Origin: Candidatus Altimarinota bacterium
GTDB taxonomy: Bacteria; Patescibacteriota; Gracilibacteria; UBA1369; JBGAUX01
Length of the DNA: 64,000 bases
Assembly: GCA_044228405.1 (NCBI GenBank)
Contig: JBGAUX010000002.1
Coordinates: 1,805-65,804, forward strand
Direction: 5' to 3'
Each line of letters starts with the position of its first letter. The stretch's first letter is position 1. The position numbers and the translations under genes were made by a program. Positions 18,428 to 28,125 of the stretch are shown here, piece after piece. The notes beneath the pieces were generated by a model. It was not told the DNA's origin, did not search any database, and saw only the letters and a program-made list of their open reading frames with translations.

Positions 18428-19042
18428 ATGTCACGATACAGAGGACCAGTAACCAGGCTTTCGAGAAGACTAGGAGTAATGCTTTTTACCAATGGTGCAA
18501 GCAAAACTAAAGCCTTCAACAAAAAACCATACAAACCAGGTGAGCACGGTCAAAAACGTTTTTCACAGGTTTCTGAATACAATAGACAACTACAAGAAAA
18601 GCAAAAAGCGCGTTTTATGTACAATATTACAGAAAAGCAATGTCGAAGATATTTTGAAATGGCAAACAAGAGTACAGAAGTTACAGGACCGCAATTTATG
18701 ACATTACTTGAACTTCGTTTAGACAATGCCGTTTACAAAGCTGGTTTTGCTTTAACAAGACAACAAGCACGACAAATTGTTAACCACGGACTGGTTAGAT
18801 TGAATGGTAAAAGAGCAACAATCGCTTCAATGATGGTAAAAGTAGGAGACATAATAGAAATTAGAGAAAAGAGTAAAACTTCAAAATTGTTTGAAGAATT
18901 AAAAAATGCAAAATATAAAGCGCCTAAGTGGTTGAACGCAGACGCTAAGACACTCAAGTGCGAGGTAGTTTCCTTGCCAGATCAGGACGATATTGAACAA
19001 ATCATTGATAGTCAACTTATTGTGGAATACTATTCCAAATAA
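18428..19042 (+). CDS. rpsD: 30S ribosomal protein S4
   Basis: 204 aa; MSRYRGPVTRLSRRLGV...; S4 RNA-binding domain near the C-terminus. Confidence 0.97.
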   Translation: MSRYRGPVTRLSRRLGVMLFTNGASKTKAFNKKPYKPGEHGQKRFSQVSEYNRQLQEKQKARFMYNITEKQCRRYFEMANKSTEVTGPQFMTLLELRLDNAVYKAGFALTRQQARQIVNHGLVRLNGKRATIASMMVKVGDIIEIREKSKTSKLFEELKNAKYKAPKWLNADAKTLKCEVVSLPDQDDIEQIIDSQLIVEYYSK

Positions 19043-19074
19043 TAATTTTCTTTATTCATTACTAAAAATAGCCC

Positions 19075-20052
19075 ATGCATATCATTCAAGAAGAAATTGG
19101 ACTAGCGAAAATCAAGCCTGTTAAATCAGGAAGTAAACATGCTATTTTTGAAGTTAGCCCGCTACCTACAGGTTACGGTATGACACTTGGTAACGGTTTA
19201 AGACGCGTATTGATTTCTTCTGTGCCTGGAGCATGTGTTACAGCAATCAAAGCTGAAGGTATCAGCCACGAATACTCTACAATCAAAGGTTGTAAAGATA
19301 GCGTTTTGGATATTACTTTAAATTTGAAACAAATTGAAATTGAAAAAACGACAAAAGAACCTAGCGTAATAAAGCTTAATGTTACTAAAGCAGGTGTGGT
19401 TACAGCTAAAGACATTGAAGTAACAAGTGATATAAAGATTTTGAATCCTGAAGCCTACATTACTACACTGGAAAAAGGTGGTAAGTTATCAATGGAAATC
19501 ACAGTGGAAAAAGGTGTTGGTTATTTTCCGGCTAATGCCAGACAAAAAGCTAACACAACAGCTAATTTGATTTTGATTGATTCCGTATTTTCACCTATTA
19601 AAAAAGTAAGATTTGATGTTGAAAGCACTCGTGTAGGTCAAATGACAAATCTTGATAAACTAATTTTGGAAATTGAAACCAACGGCTCAATTTCACCGGA
19701 AGAAGCTTTGAAATTTGCTTCAAACATTCTTAAGTCTTACTTCAGTTTGTTTAATGAAGAAACAACCATGGTAGAAGCAGACTACATGAGCGACTACAAG
19801 ACAATCATGACAAAGCAACAAGAAGAAGATAAAAAGAAGCCTGAACAAGAAGCTTACACACCTATAGAAATCCTTGGGTTCTCTCCAAGAACTTTAAATG
19901 CACTTATTAACGGTGGTATCGGTTCAATTGAACAACTAACTAAATGTACAGAAACTAAGTTGTCAAATTTAAGAGGATTTGGTAGGAAAGCACTTACAGA
20001 GGTGGCTGACGCTTTAGGTAAGAAAGGTTTCAAATTATCAGACGAAGATTAA
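19075..20052 (+). CDS. rpoA: DNA-directed RNA polymerase subunit alpha
   Basis: 325 aa; ...PLPTGYGMTLGNGLRRVLISS...; C-terminal domain ...LGFSPRTLNALINGGI... Confidence 0.97.
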   Translation: MHIIQEEIGLAKIKPVKSGSKHAIFEVSPLPTGYGMTLGNGLRRVLISSVPGACVTAIKAEGISHEYSTIKGCKDSVLDITLNLKQIEIEKTTKEPSVIKLNVTKAGVVTAKDIEVTSDIKILNPEAYITTLEKGGKLSMEITVEKGVGYFPANARQKANTTANLILIDSVFSPIKKVRFDVESTRVGQMTNLDKLILEIETNGSISPEEALKFASNILKSYFSLFNEETTMVEADYMSDYKTIMTKQQEEDKKKPEQEAYTPIEILGFSPRTLNALINGGIGSIEQLTKCTETKLSNLRGFGRKALTEVADALGKKGFKLSDED

Positions 20053-20071
20053 TCTATATTTTTAAGTTCCC

Positions 20072-20428
20072 ATGAGACATCAAAAAAAGAATTTACATAT
20101 TGGAAAGAGAGGTAAAGATCACAAAGAATCTTTACTGAAAAACCTTGCTGCTTCGGTTATAATTCATGAAAAAATTAAAACTACACGCACAAAGGCTAAA
20201 GCGCTTGCACCTTTTGTTGAAAGACTTATCAACCTTGGTAAGAACAAAGATAAAATGAATGCAATCCGTGAAATTAGCAAACTACTAAACCACGAAGATA
20301 GTTCAAGAAAGATTCTTGACGAACTAACTACAAGATACTCGGAAACTTCTTCTGGATACACTCGCATTATTAGTATTGGGGCCCGCAAAGGCGACAATGC
20401 TCCAATGGTACAAATTGAACTTACATAA
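20072..20428 (+). CDS. rplQ: 50S ribosomal protein L17
   Basis: 118 aa; MRHQKKNLHIGKRGKDHKESLLKNL... Confidence 0.95.
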   Translation: MRHQKKNLHIGKRGKDHKESLLKNLAASVIIHEKIKTTRTKAKALAPFVERLINLGKNKDKMNAIREISKLLNHEDSSRKILDELTTRYSETSSGYTRIISIGARKGDNAPMVQIELT

Positions 20429-20430
20429 AC

Positions 20431-20865
20431 ATGACTTACAAAACACCTACATTTAAAGGCAATGAACACGAAAAACAATGGTTTTTAGTGGATCTGAAAG
20501 GGAAAGTTTTAGGCAAAGCGGCAACTCAAATTGCCAACTTGCTTAGAGGAAAAAACAAGCCCGACTTTTCACCACACATGATTTGCGGTGACTACATTGT
20601 GGCTATTAACGCTAAAGACATCAAACTTACCGGTAACAAAATGGCCGATAAGGAGTATTTTACGCATTCCGGTTACAACAGTGGCTTAAAAACAACTACA
20701 GCATCTAAATTGGTTGATAAAAAACCTGAAGAATTGATTAAACAAGCTGTATTTGGCATGCTACCTAAAAACAGATTAAGAAAAGAAATGATGCTGAACT
20801 TTAAAATTTTCAGTGGCCAAGAGCATACACATTCCGCTCAAACGCCAAAAAGCATCGAAATATAA
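20431..20865 (+). CDS. rplM: 50S ribosomal protein L13
   Basis: 144 aa; ...WFLVDLKGKVLGKAATQIANLLRGKNKPDFSPH... Confidence 0.96.
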   Translation: MTYKTPTFKGNEHEKQWFLVDLKGKVLGKAATQIANLLRGKNKPDFSPHMICGDYIVAINAKDIKLTGNKMADKEYFTHSGYNSGLKTTTASKLVDKKPEELIKQAVFGMLPKNRLRKEMMLNFKIFSGQEHTHSAQTPKSIEI

Positions 20866-20885
20866 CCAATTAAATTAAACTTATT

Positions 20886-21398
20886 ATGGCAGTTGCTAAA
20901 GCTAAGACAACTAAGACTACCAAGGAGGCACCTAAAAAGGAGGCTCCAAAAAGTGCTAAAACCACTGCTGACAAGGCAAAAAAAGACGTAAAAACGGCTC
21001 CTAGTGGCAGTAAATACAACTACGCCAACGGTAAGCGTAAAACATCTGTTGCCAGAGTTAAACTATTTGAAAACGGCACAGGAGTTATTACAATCAACGA
21101 CAAACCGATTGCTGATTTTTGTTCGGTAAAAGTGCATGTTGAAGTAATCAAGTCCCCTCTTAAGTTAATTGGTAAAACAAAAGACTTCGATGTTCAAATA
21201 CAAGTTATTGGTGGAGGTGTTACAGGCCAAGCCGAAGCTGCCCGACATGGTATTGCCAAAGCGCTTGTAGATTTAAACCCTGAATTTAGAGCTACTCTTA
21301 AACGCGCAGGCATGCTTACTCGAGATGCCCGTGTTAAAGAAAGAAAGAAATACGGTTTAAAGAGAGCGAGAAGAGCTCCACAATGGGCTAAACGTTAA
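20886..21398 (+). CDS. rpsI: 30S ribosomal protein S9 with ~42-aa Lys/Ala/Thr-rich N-terminal extension
   Basis: 170 aa; core starts near YNYANGKRKTSVARV; C-terminus ...KYGLKRARRAPQWAKR. Confidence 0.95.
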   Translation: MAVAKAKTTKTTKEAPKKEAPKSAKTTADKAKKDVKTAPSGSKYNYANGKRKTSVARVKLFENGTGVITINDKPIADFCSVKVHVEVIKSPLKLIGKTKDFDVQIQVIGGGVTGQAEAARHGIAKALVDLNPEFRATLKRAGMLTRDARVKERKKYGLKRARRAPQWAKR

Positions 21399-21401
21399 AC
21401 A

Positions 21402-22046
21402 ATGCGTTTCGACATTTGTACACTTTTTCCGGGTGCATTTACCTCTTACCTTAGTGAGAGCATAATTAAGCGTGGCCAAGAAACAGGTGCTATTGAGATT
21501 TTTACGCACAATATTCGCGATTACAGTACAGATAAACATAAATCTGTGGACGACACTCCTTATGGAGGTGGTCACGGCATGTTGATGACGGCTCAACCTA
21601 TTTACGATTGTGTAAAACACGTGCAAAAAAGTAATAAAGGGCCTGTGATTTTTTTAACTGCTCAAGGACAAATGTTTAGCAACACTCTAGCTACAAAATT
21701 AGCCAAATTAGAAGGCATGATTTTTGTTTGCGGAAGATATGAAGGCATGGACCAACGAGTAATTGAACTATTAGCGGATCAACAAATTTCTATTGGGAAA
21801 TATATTCTAACTGGCGGTGAACTACCTGCCATGGTGATTTTAGATGCAGTAAGCAGATTTGTGCCAGGAGTTTTAGGTGAAGACGACTCGGCGGAGGAAG
21901 AATCTTTTTCAAAAAAACTAAAAGGAAAAAAGGAATATCCGCATTATACAAGGCCCATAAACTTTAAAGGTCTCGAAGTGCCCGAAGTGTTAAGATCTGG
22001 CCATCATAAAGAAATAGAAAAATGGCGACAAGAAAACCTTAAGTAA
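21402..22046 (+). CDS. trmD: tRNA (guanine37-N1)-methyltransferase
   Basis: 214 aa; MRFDICTLFPGAF...DDTPYGGGHGMLM...GRYEGMDQRV... Confidence 0.93.
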   Translation: MRFDICTLFPGAFTSYLSESIIKRGQETGAIEIFTHNIRDYSTDKHKSVDDTPYGGGHGMLMTAQPIYDCVKHVQKSNKGPVIFLTAQGQMFSNTLATKLAKLEGMIFVCGRYEGMDQRVIELLADQQISIGKYILTGGELPAMVILDAVSRFVPGVLGEDDSAEEESFSKKLKGKKEYPHYTRPINFKGLEVPEVLRSGHHKEIEKWRQENLK

Positions 22047-22106
22047 ACTTAGCCCTTTCCAACTAATGGCTCGCGTTGTATGCTAATTTAGCATTATAAA
22101 TTTTGC

Positions 22107-24938
22107 ATGAAAGCTTCAAACATTTTTATTGAACTCAAAAGTTCACCCCTTGGTTTAAGTGATGAACAAGCCAATTCTCTTTTAAGTGTCTACGGTGAAA
22201 ATGTATTAAAAGTTAAAAGAAGAAAGCCTCTTATACTTCAATTTTTAGAAGAATTCACCGATTTAATGGTGATAATATTAATATTTGCCTCAATTTTAGC
22301 CATTTATTCTGGTGAGCTAGTTGACGGTGTAGTGATACTTTTTATTGTAATTTTGAATGCGACCATCGGGTTTATTCAAAAATACAAAGCGGAAAAAGCT
22401 CTGGAAGCACTAAAAAAAATGATCGCGCCCCAAGCCAGAGTGTTGCGAAATGGGCGAGAAATGGCTATTAATGCAAGCAAACTAGTTCCGGGCGATATTT
22501 TAATCTTGAGTGAAGGCGACCAAATACCGGCGGACGGACGCATAATAGAAGAATACGAACTTGAGTGCCAAGAAGCCACCTTAAGTGGAGAATCCACTCC
22601 CGTAGCCAAAACTTCTACTTTAACAACTAAAAAAATGGCACCCTTGGAGGACAAAAACCGCATTTTTATGGGAACGGTTATTAGCCATGGTAGCGGAAAA
22701 GCCATTGTCACGCACACGGGTATGAAAACCGAATTCGGTAAAATAGCAGATTTAACGGTTTCTACAGAAAAAGAAAAAAGCCCTCTACAAAAGGAATTAT
22801 TTCGTATTGGAGTTTTTGTTGGCAAAATCACGCTTATTATTTCGAGCTTACTACTTTTAACTGGCATTTTTATTCAGGGAAACAGCTTTATTGATTCTTT
22901 ACTGTTTTCAATTTCTGTAGCTGTTGCTGCAGTGCCAGAGGGTTTACCGGCCACAGTAACCATTGCATTGGCTATTGGTGTGCAAAATTTAGTAAAGAAA
23001 AAAGCCATTGTTAAGCAACTTTCATCAGTGGAAACCCTTGGCTCTACCACGGTAATTTGTACCGACAAAACCGGCACTCTCACCAAAAATGAGATGACAG
23101 TAAAAGAAATGCATTTCGATTTATATGAAGCGTCAGTAAAAGGCTCTGGCTATGAACCAATTGGCACCATACCAATTCACACACCAGATAAAGGTATAGT
23201 AATTGTAGGTACAGAAGATAAGTATTATAGCGATTATGAAATTCATAAAAAGACACTTAAAGACATTCAACAAACACACGAAAAATTATATACATCGCTA
23301 GAGTTATTAATGAGTGCAGGCGCGATTTGTAACAATGCCAAGCTAGAAAGAAAAAACGATACCGTAGAAATGTTGGGCGATCCTACCGAGGGCGCAATTC
23401 TTACTGCTGTTGAAAAAAGTGGCTTCTCAATTGACGAAATCCTGGAGCAATATCATGTTTTGCACCAAATACCTTTCGATTCAACCAGAAAGAAAATGAC
23501 AGTTATTGTGCGCAACAAAGCGAGTAAAAAAGTTTTTGCTTTTATTAAAGGTGCACCCGATGAGGTAATTGTTAGCTGTAGTAATATTATTCTCAATAAT
23601 CGCAAACTCAAATTAGATACAGGCACAAAAAAAGACCTACTAAATAAAAATGCCGAATTGGCCGGCAAGGCACTAAGGGTAATTGGTTTTGGCTATAAAG
23701 AGCTACCCGATGCGCAAATTAATCAAGAATACAATAAAGACGAGATTGAAAAAGACATTACCTATATAGGAATGATGGGCATGATAGACCCACCCCGCCC
23801 AGATGTAGAAGAAGCAATAAAAAAAGCTAAAACAGCTGGTATTAAAATTTATGTAGTAACTGGCGACCACGGCCTAACAGCTCAGGCAATAGGAAAACAG
23901 TTAGATTTAATTAGCGATAAAAGACCCTTTGAAATTATCACTGGTGAAAAATTGGATGAACTCAGCGATTTAGATTTGCAAAATATGCTAACAAACAAAG
24001 AGCTAGACATTATCTTTGCGCGAGTTAGCCCTGAGCATAAGTTAAGAGTAGTAAGCCTTTTAAAACATCAGGGCGAAATTGTAGCTGTAACGGGCGACGG
24101 AGTGAATGACGCACCTGCACTTAAAAAAGCCGACATCGGCGTTGCTATGGGGGTTACAGGCACCGACGTTAGCAAGGAGGCAGCTAATATGATTCTTACA
24201 GACGACAGCTTTGCCAGTATTATTAGTGCCGTGGAAGAAGGGCGCAGAATATACATCAATTTGCGTAAGTTTATTTTCTACATTTTCTCCTGCAATGTGG
24301 GCGAAATTTTAACTGTTTTGGTAGGCATAATACTCAATTTACCAGCGCCCCTAACAGCCATATTAATACTAACTGTCGATTTAGGAACAGATGTTTTGCC
24401 AGCTTTAGCCATAGGTGTAGACCCGCCCGATGAAGGCCTCATGCAACAAAAGCCTCGTGACCCCAAAGCCCACATCATGAATAAAACCTTCGTATTGAGA
24501 TTTTTATTCAATGGTCTTTGCATTGGGATTATCGTCAGTGCAGTTTTTCTCTTTAACCTATTAAATGGCGGTTGGCATTGGGGAGAATCCTTAGCTCGTA
24601 CCGATAATTTATACCTCGAATCATCATCCATGGCATTCGCGCTTTTGGTGCTTATTCAAATGGTAAACGCCTACAATGTTCGTTCAGAAGAAAAATCAAT
24701 TTTCAAAATTGGCATCTTCAATAATTTATACTTATTAGGAGCAATAATGATTTCAATTATCATTGTAGTTAGTGTGGTTGAAATTCCGTTTATTCAAAAT
24801 TTTATGCACACTACTCACCTATCTTGGGATAAATGGCTACTCATCATTTTCGGGTCACTCACTATTTTGTTAATTGAAGAAATACGAAAATTTATCAAAC
24901 GAAATTTAGCAAAAACCAATGGAATACTTGCGAGTTAA
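22107..24938 (+). CDS. Cation-transporting P-type ATPase (P2 type, Ca2+/Mg2+-like)
   Basis: 943 aa; [41 protein letters not shown] motifs; about 10 TM segments. Confidence 0.93.
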   Translation: MKASNIFIELKSSPLGLSDEQANSLLSVYGENVLKVKRRKPLILQFLEEFTDLMVIILIFASILAIYSGELVDGVVILFIVILNATIGFIQKYKAEKALEALKKMIAPQARVLRNGREMAINASKLVPGDILILSEGDQIPADGRIIEEYELECQEATLSGESTPVAKTSTLTTKKMAPLEDKNRIFMGTVISHGSGKAIVTHTGMKTEFGKIADLTVSTEKEKSPLQKELFRIGVFVGKITLIISSLLLLTGIFIQGNSFIDSLLFSISVAVAAVPEGLPATVTIALAIGVQNLVKKKAIVKQLSSVETLGSTTVICTDKTGTLTKNEMTVKEMHFDLYEASVKGSGYEPIGTIPIHTPDKGIVIVGTEDKYYSDYEIHKKTLKDIQQTHEKLYTSLELLMSAGAICNNAKLERKNDTVEMLGDPTEGAILTAVEKSGFSIDEILEQYHVLHQIPFDSTRKKMTVIVRNKASKKVFAFIKGAPDEVIVSCSNIILNNRKLKLDTGTKKDLLNKNAELAGKALRVIGFGYKELPDAQINQEYNKDEIEKDITYIGMMGMIDPPRPDVEEAIKKAKTAGIKIYVVTGDHGLTAQAIGKQLDLISDKRPFEIITGEKLDELSDLDLQNMLTNKELDIIFARVSPEHKLRVVSLLKHQGEIVAVTGDGVNDAPALKKADIGVAMGVTGTDVSKEAANMILTDDSFASIISAVEEGRRIYINLRKFIFYIFSCNVGEILTVLVGIILNLPAPLTAILILTVDLGTDVLPALAIGVDPPDEGLMQQKPRDPKAHIMNKTFVLRFLFNGLCIGIIVSAVFLFNLLNGGWHWGESLARTDNLYLESSSMAFALLVLIQMVNAYNVRSEEKSIFKIGIFNNLYLLGAIMISIIIVVSVVEIPFIQNFMHTTHLSWDKWLLIIFGSLTILLIEEIRKFIKRNLAKTNGILAS

Positions 24939-25206
24939 AGTTTTGCCTAAAAGTAGCCAAAATCAAATCATTTCAATTACTCAAGAAGACACCGAGTTTG
25001 GAGATCAAGCAACGGTAAAAATCAAATTAAGAGCAGTACCAGAAAAAGGAAAAGCCAATCAGGCATTAATAGAATTTTTAAGTGAAGCACTTAATTTAAG
25101 CAAAAATCAAATTAGCATCATTAGTGGGGCAAATGCTAGACTCAAACTGCTCAAAATAGATAGCGACAACACACTCACAAAAATTGCCAAATTAATCAGC
25201 AACTAG
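24919..25206 (+). CDS. DUF167 (YggU-like) family protein
   Basis: 95 aa; ...KIKLRAVPEKGKANQALIEFLSEALNLSKNQISIISGANARLKLLKI resembles YggU/DUF167; 20-nt overlap with the ATPase 3' end. Confidence 0.7.
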   Translation: MEYLRVKVLPKSSQNQIISITQEDTEFGDQATVKIKLRAVPEKGKANQALIEFLSEALNLSKNQISIISGANARLKLLKIDSDNTLTKIAKLISN

Positions 25207-25207
25207 T

Positions 25208-25984
25208 ATGAAGCCCAAAAAACATCTCGGACAAAACTTTCTCAAAAACAACGATACCCTCAATTTAATTGTTGAAACCGCCAATATAATTTCAAACGAT
25301 TTAATTATTGAAGTTGGGCCCGGCAAAGGCGTTTTAACCAAAGAAATAGTAAAAAGAGCCCGGCAAGTAATAGCGATAGAAAAAGATCACGAGCTTTTAC
25401 CTTGGCTGAGAGAGACTTTTCAGTACGACAGCAATATTCAATTGATGCAAGCAGATGTGCTCCAAACAGAGGTTCCTAGTGAGCCCTATAAGGTTGTGGC
25501 CAACATCCCCTATTACATTACTTCGCCAATATTAAATCACTATCTACAAAGCGAAAATCCGCCGCAAAGTTTAACATTATTAGTTCAGTATGAAGTTGCC
25601 CAAAAAATTTGTGCTCCAAAGGGCGACCATAGCGTTTTAAGCCTGCAAGTACACCTTTTTGGCCAACCAACATTAATTGCCAAAATTCCACCCACGCATT
25701 TTTCGCCAAAACCCAAGGTGGATTCAGCCATTTTGCACATCACAACCTATCCAGAATCACCATACAAAAACACTCAAGACATACTAAAAATTGCTAAATT
25801 AGCTTTTTCGCAAAAGCGAAAAATGCTTAGGAACACGCTAAAAACACTTAATTTAGACTTAAGCCTGCTCGAAAAAAACAGCGGTATCAATTTCAATCGC
25901 CGGCCGGAAATGCTTTCACTTGCAGAATGGTCTACTCTTTGCGATGAGATTACAAAACTTCGGAAATCTCACGGTTCATCTTAA
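25208..25984 (+). CDS. rsmA: 16S rRNA (adenine1518/1519-N6)-dimethyltransferase
   Basis: 258 aa; KHLGQNFLKNN...IEVGPGKGVLT...VANIPYYITSPIL. Confidence 0.93.
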   Translation: MKPKKHLGQNFLKNNDTLNLIVETANIISNDLIIEVGPGKGVLTKEIVKRARQVIAIEKDHELLPWLRETFQYDSNIQLMQADVLQTEVPSEPYKVVANIPYYITSPILNHYLQSENPPQSLTLLVQYEVAQKICAPKGDHSVLSLQVHLFGQPTLIAKIPPTHFSPKPKVDSAILHITTYPESPYKNTQDILKIAKLAFSQKRKMLRNTLKTLNLDLSLLEKNSGINFNRRPEMLSLAEWSTLCDEITKLRKSHGSS

Positions 25985-26879
25985 TAACAGCGTCTTTTGC
26001 GGCTTCGTCATAAGCATCCTCAGTGTAGCCCGCATTTTCATATGCAAAAATAATCCCGCGTGAAGAATTGACAATAGCACCCAAGCCGTCTTTGTTGAAA
26101 CAATGCTTAATATCTTCCGCGCCAGCTCCTTGAGCGCCATATCCAGGAACCAAAAACAAAGTTTCAGGCATAATTTCTCTTAATTTTTTAGCTTGAGCCG
26201 GATAAGTTGCCCCTACCACAGCACCAACAGAACTATAGCCACATTCACTTAAGGAGTCTGCACCCCAAGAATCCACAAAGTGTCCCATAATTTCGTATAC
26301 AGCTCTTTGATCGGCCATTACCAAGTCTTGCAAATCACCTCCAGATGGATTTGAGCTCTTTACCCACACAAAAATACCCTTTCCGTTTTTTTCACAAACA
26401 TCTACAAATGGCTTAATACCGTCCCAGCCAGGATAAGGCGTAACAGTTAAACAATCAGCATCAAAAATAGCCTTTTTAGAGCCATCAACAAGCGTGGTTT
26501 CGCCTAAAAAAGTATTGGCCAGCATCTCAGCGGTAGACCCAATATCATTAGATTTTGCATCAGCAATAGTAAGTAAGCCTTTGCTTTTTGCATAAGCAAT
26601 CGTTTCTGCAAAAGCTCTCATGCCTTCGGCACCATAGGGTGCATAAAACGCAAATTGCGGCTTAACCACAGGCACCAAATCGGCAACTGCATCAATAATG
26701 CCTTTATTAAATGTTATTAAGGCTTCGGCCGAAGCCTTTAATAAGTCCTTTGGATTAGCTTCCAAAGCCTCTTTTTTTATAAATTCAGGGATTTTCTCCA
26801 TTTTAGGATCAAGCCCCACACAAACAGCGCTCTTTTTTTCTTTTACCGCCTTTACTAAACGATCCGCGAAACTTTCCAT
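25950..26879 (-). CDS. pyrF: Orotidine 5'-phosphate decarboxylase, type 2
   Basis: 309 aa; ...SAVCVGLDPKMEKIP...IADAKSNDIGST... long-form PyrF; 35-nt convergent overlap with rsmA. Confidence 0.88.
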   Translation of the reverse strand: MESFADRLVKAVKEKKSAVCVGLDPKMEKIPEFIKKEALEANPKDLLKASAEALITFNKGIIDAVADLVPVVKPQFAFYAPYGAEGMRAFAETIAYAKSKGLLTIADAKSNDIGSTAEMLANTFLGETTLVDGSKKAIFDADCLTVTPYPGWDGIKPFVDVCEKNGKGIFVWVKSSNPSGGDLQDLVMADQRAVYEIMGHFVDSWGADSLSECGYSSVGAVVGATYPAQAKKLREIMPETLFLVPGYGAQGAGAEDIKHCFNKDGLGAIVNSSRGIIFAYENAGYTEDAYDEAAKDAVIKMNREISEVL

Positions 26880-26890
26880 TTTATAATTGA

Positions 26891-27565
26891 TTAAACTCCA
26901 TATTGCGAACGATAGGCTTGAATAGCCTGCATTTTTGGCTCATCTATATAAACCTTACCATCAATTTCTTGGTTGTACAAAACTTCAACTACATCATTTA
27001 AGTCAATAATAGAATGAACATTTAAGCCAAAATCATCCTCCAAAGCCTGCACGGCATCAATGCCATCATTGTTTTTTTCCAACCGATTCAACATAATCAA
27101 AACCCCAGTAACTTTAGGATTGCCATTCTCTTTTAAAATATCCAAAACTTCGCGTATAGCTGTACCCGCAGTAATAACATCATCAATCAATAAAACTTGG
27201 GTGTCTTTGTTAAGCTCTGCACCCACCAAAACGCCTTTCGCATCGCCATAGTTTTTGGCTTCTTTTCTATTAAAACAATAGGAAACCTCTGTTGAAAATT
27301 CAGAAAAAAGCACACTAGCTAAAGATACAGCCAAAGGAATGCCTTTATATGAAGGACCAAAAATCACATCCGTTTGCATTCCCATTTCAAGGTAAGACTG
27401 CGCATAAAAGCGAGCCAACTTATAAACCTGCTCACCAGTGGCAAAACAGCCTGCATTAAGGAAATAAGGCGCTTTACGACCACTTTTCAGGGTGAATTCG
27501 CCAAACTTTAGGGCGTCACATTTAACCAAGAACTTAATAAAATCAACTTTATATTGAGGAATCAT
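26891..27565 (-). CDS. pyrE: Orotate phosphoribosyltransferase
   Basis: I chose the ATG at 27565 (MIPQYKVDFIKFLVKCDALKFGEFTLKSGRKAPYF...); PRPP motif VLLIDDVITAGTA; the track start at 27631 is probably spurious. Confidence 0.92.
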   Translation of the reverse strand: MIPQYKVDFIKFLVKCDALKFGEFTLKSGRKAPYFLNAGCFATGEQVYKLARFYAQSYLEMGMQTDVIFGPSYKGIPLAVSLASVLFSEFSTEVSYCFNRKEAKNYGDAKGVLVGAELNKDTQVLLIDDVITAGTAIREVLDILKENGNPKVTGVLIMLNRLEKNNDGIDAVQALEDDFGLNVHSIIDLNDVVEVLYNQEIDGKVYIDEPKMQAIQAYRSQYGV

Positions 27566-27595
27566 AATGGGCTTAAATAAGCATAAAACAGCCAC

Positions 27596-27624
27596 ATTCT
27601 GACGAAAAAAGCTGCAAAAGTCAA
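27596..27624 (-). promoter_or_regulatory. Promoter candidate for pyrE-pyrF (TTGACT-N17-CAGAAT, minus strand)
   Basis: Reverse complement: TTGACT at 27624-27619, 17-nt spacer, CAGAAT at 27601-27596; supports the 27565 start. Confidence 0.3.
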
Positions 27625-27654
27625 AAAACATAATGTAAAATAGAAAGATGATTA

Positions 27655-27683
27655 TTGACCATTCTGTAGAAATGTTGTATAAT
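27655..27683 (+). promoter_or_regulatory. Near-consensus promoter (TTGACC-N17-TATAAT) for the small repeat protein
   Basis: TTGACC 27655-27660, 17-nt spacer, TATAAT 27678-27683; 36 nt upstream of the ATG at 27720. Confidence 0.6.
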
Positions 27684-27719
27684 GTAGATGTTTTTTATAA
27701 ATATTTAACAAAAACAAAT

Positions 27720-28046
27720 ATGGAAAACAGAAAATACCTAAGTTTAGAATCATTTGGTATGTTCATTACCGGTTTGGTAGTTGGCATTCTAGTAATTCTA
27801 GCTGTTATGCTAAGTCACAGACTTAATGTAGGTGAAGACGGCCAAACGCGTTTATTGCGAAGCACACAACAATCCACGCAAGAAGCGGTGAGAGGAATCG
27901 GCCCATCTTATACTACAAGTGGCAATGAAGCTGTAAGTGGAGTTAACTCTTCGTTAACAACCACAAGTACTGAAAAGTTGAGCGGTATCGGTCCTTCTTA
28001 TACCACAAGTACTGAAAAGCTAAGTGGAATTGGTCCTTCTTACTAA
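27720..28046 (+). CDS. Small membrane-anchored protein with C-terminal GIGPSY tandem repeats
   Basis: 108 aa from the ATG at 27720 (the track ORF starts at 27648); one TM helix FGMFITGLVVGILVILAVML; 14-aa unit TTSTEKLSGIGPSY in two copies (27960-28001, 28002-28043) plus a partial copy RGIGPSYTTS. Confidence 0.7.
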   Translation: MENRKYLSLESFGMFITGLVVGILVILAVMLSHRLNVGEDGQTRLLRSTQQSTQEAVRGIGPSYTTSGNEAVSGVNSSLTTTSTEKLSGIGPSYTTSTEKLSGIGPSY

Positions 28047-28066
28047 GGATAAAATAGAATTTTAAC

Positions 28067-28099
28067 AAAAAGAGCCCGCCTACGGCGGGCTCTTTTTCA
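28067..28099. terminator. Bidirectional rho-independent terminator between convergent genes
   Basis: AGAGCCCGCC-TACG-GGCGGGCTCT (28071-28094), flanked by an A-run upstream and a T-run downstream. Confidence 0.85.
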
Positions 28100-28125
28100 A
28101 TTGAATTTAAACTAATAATATCTTT

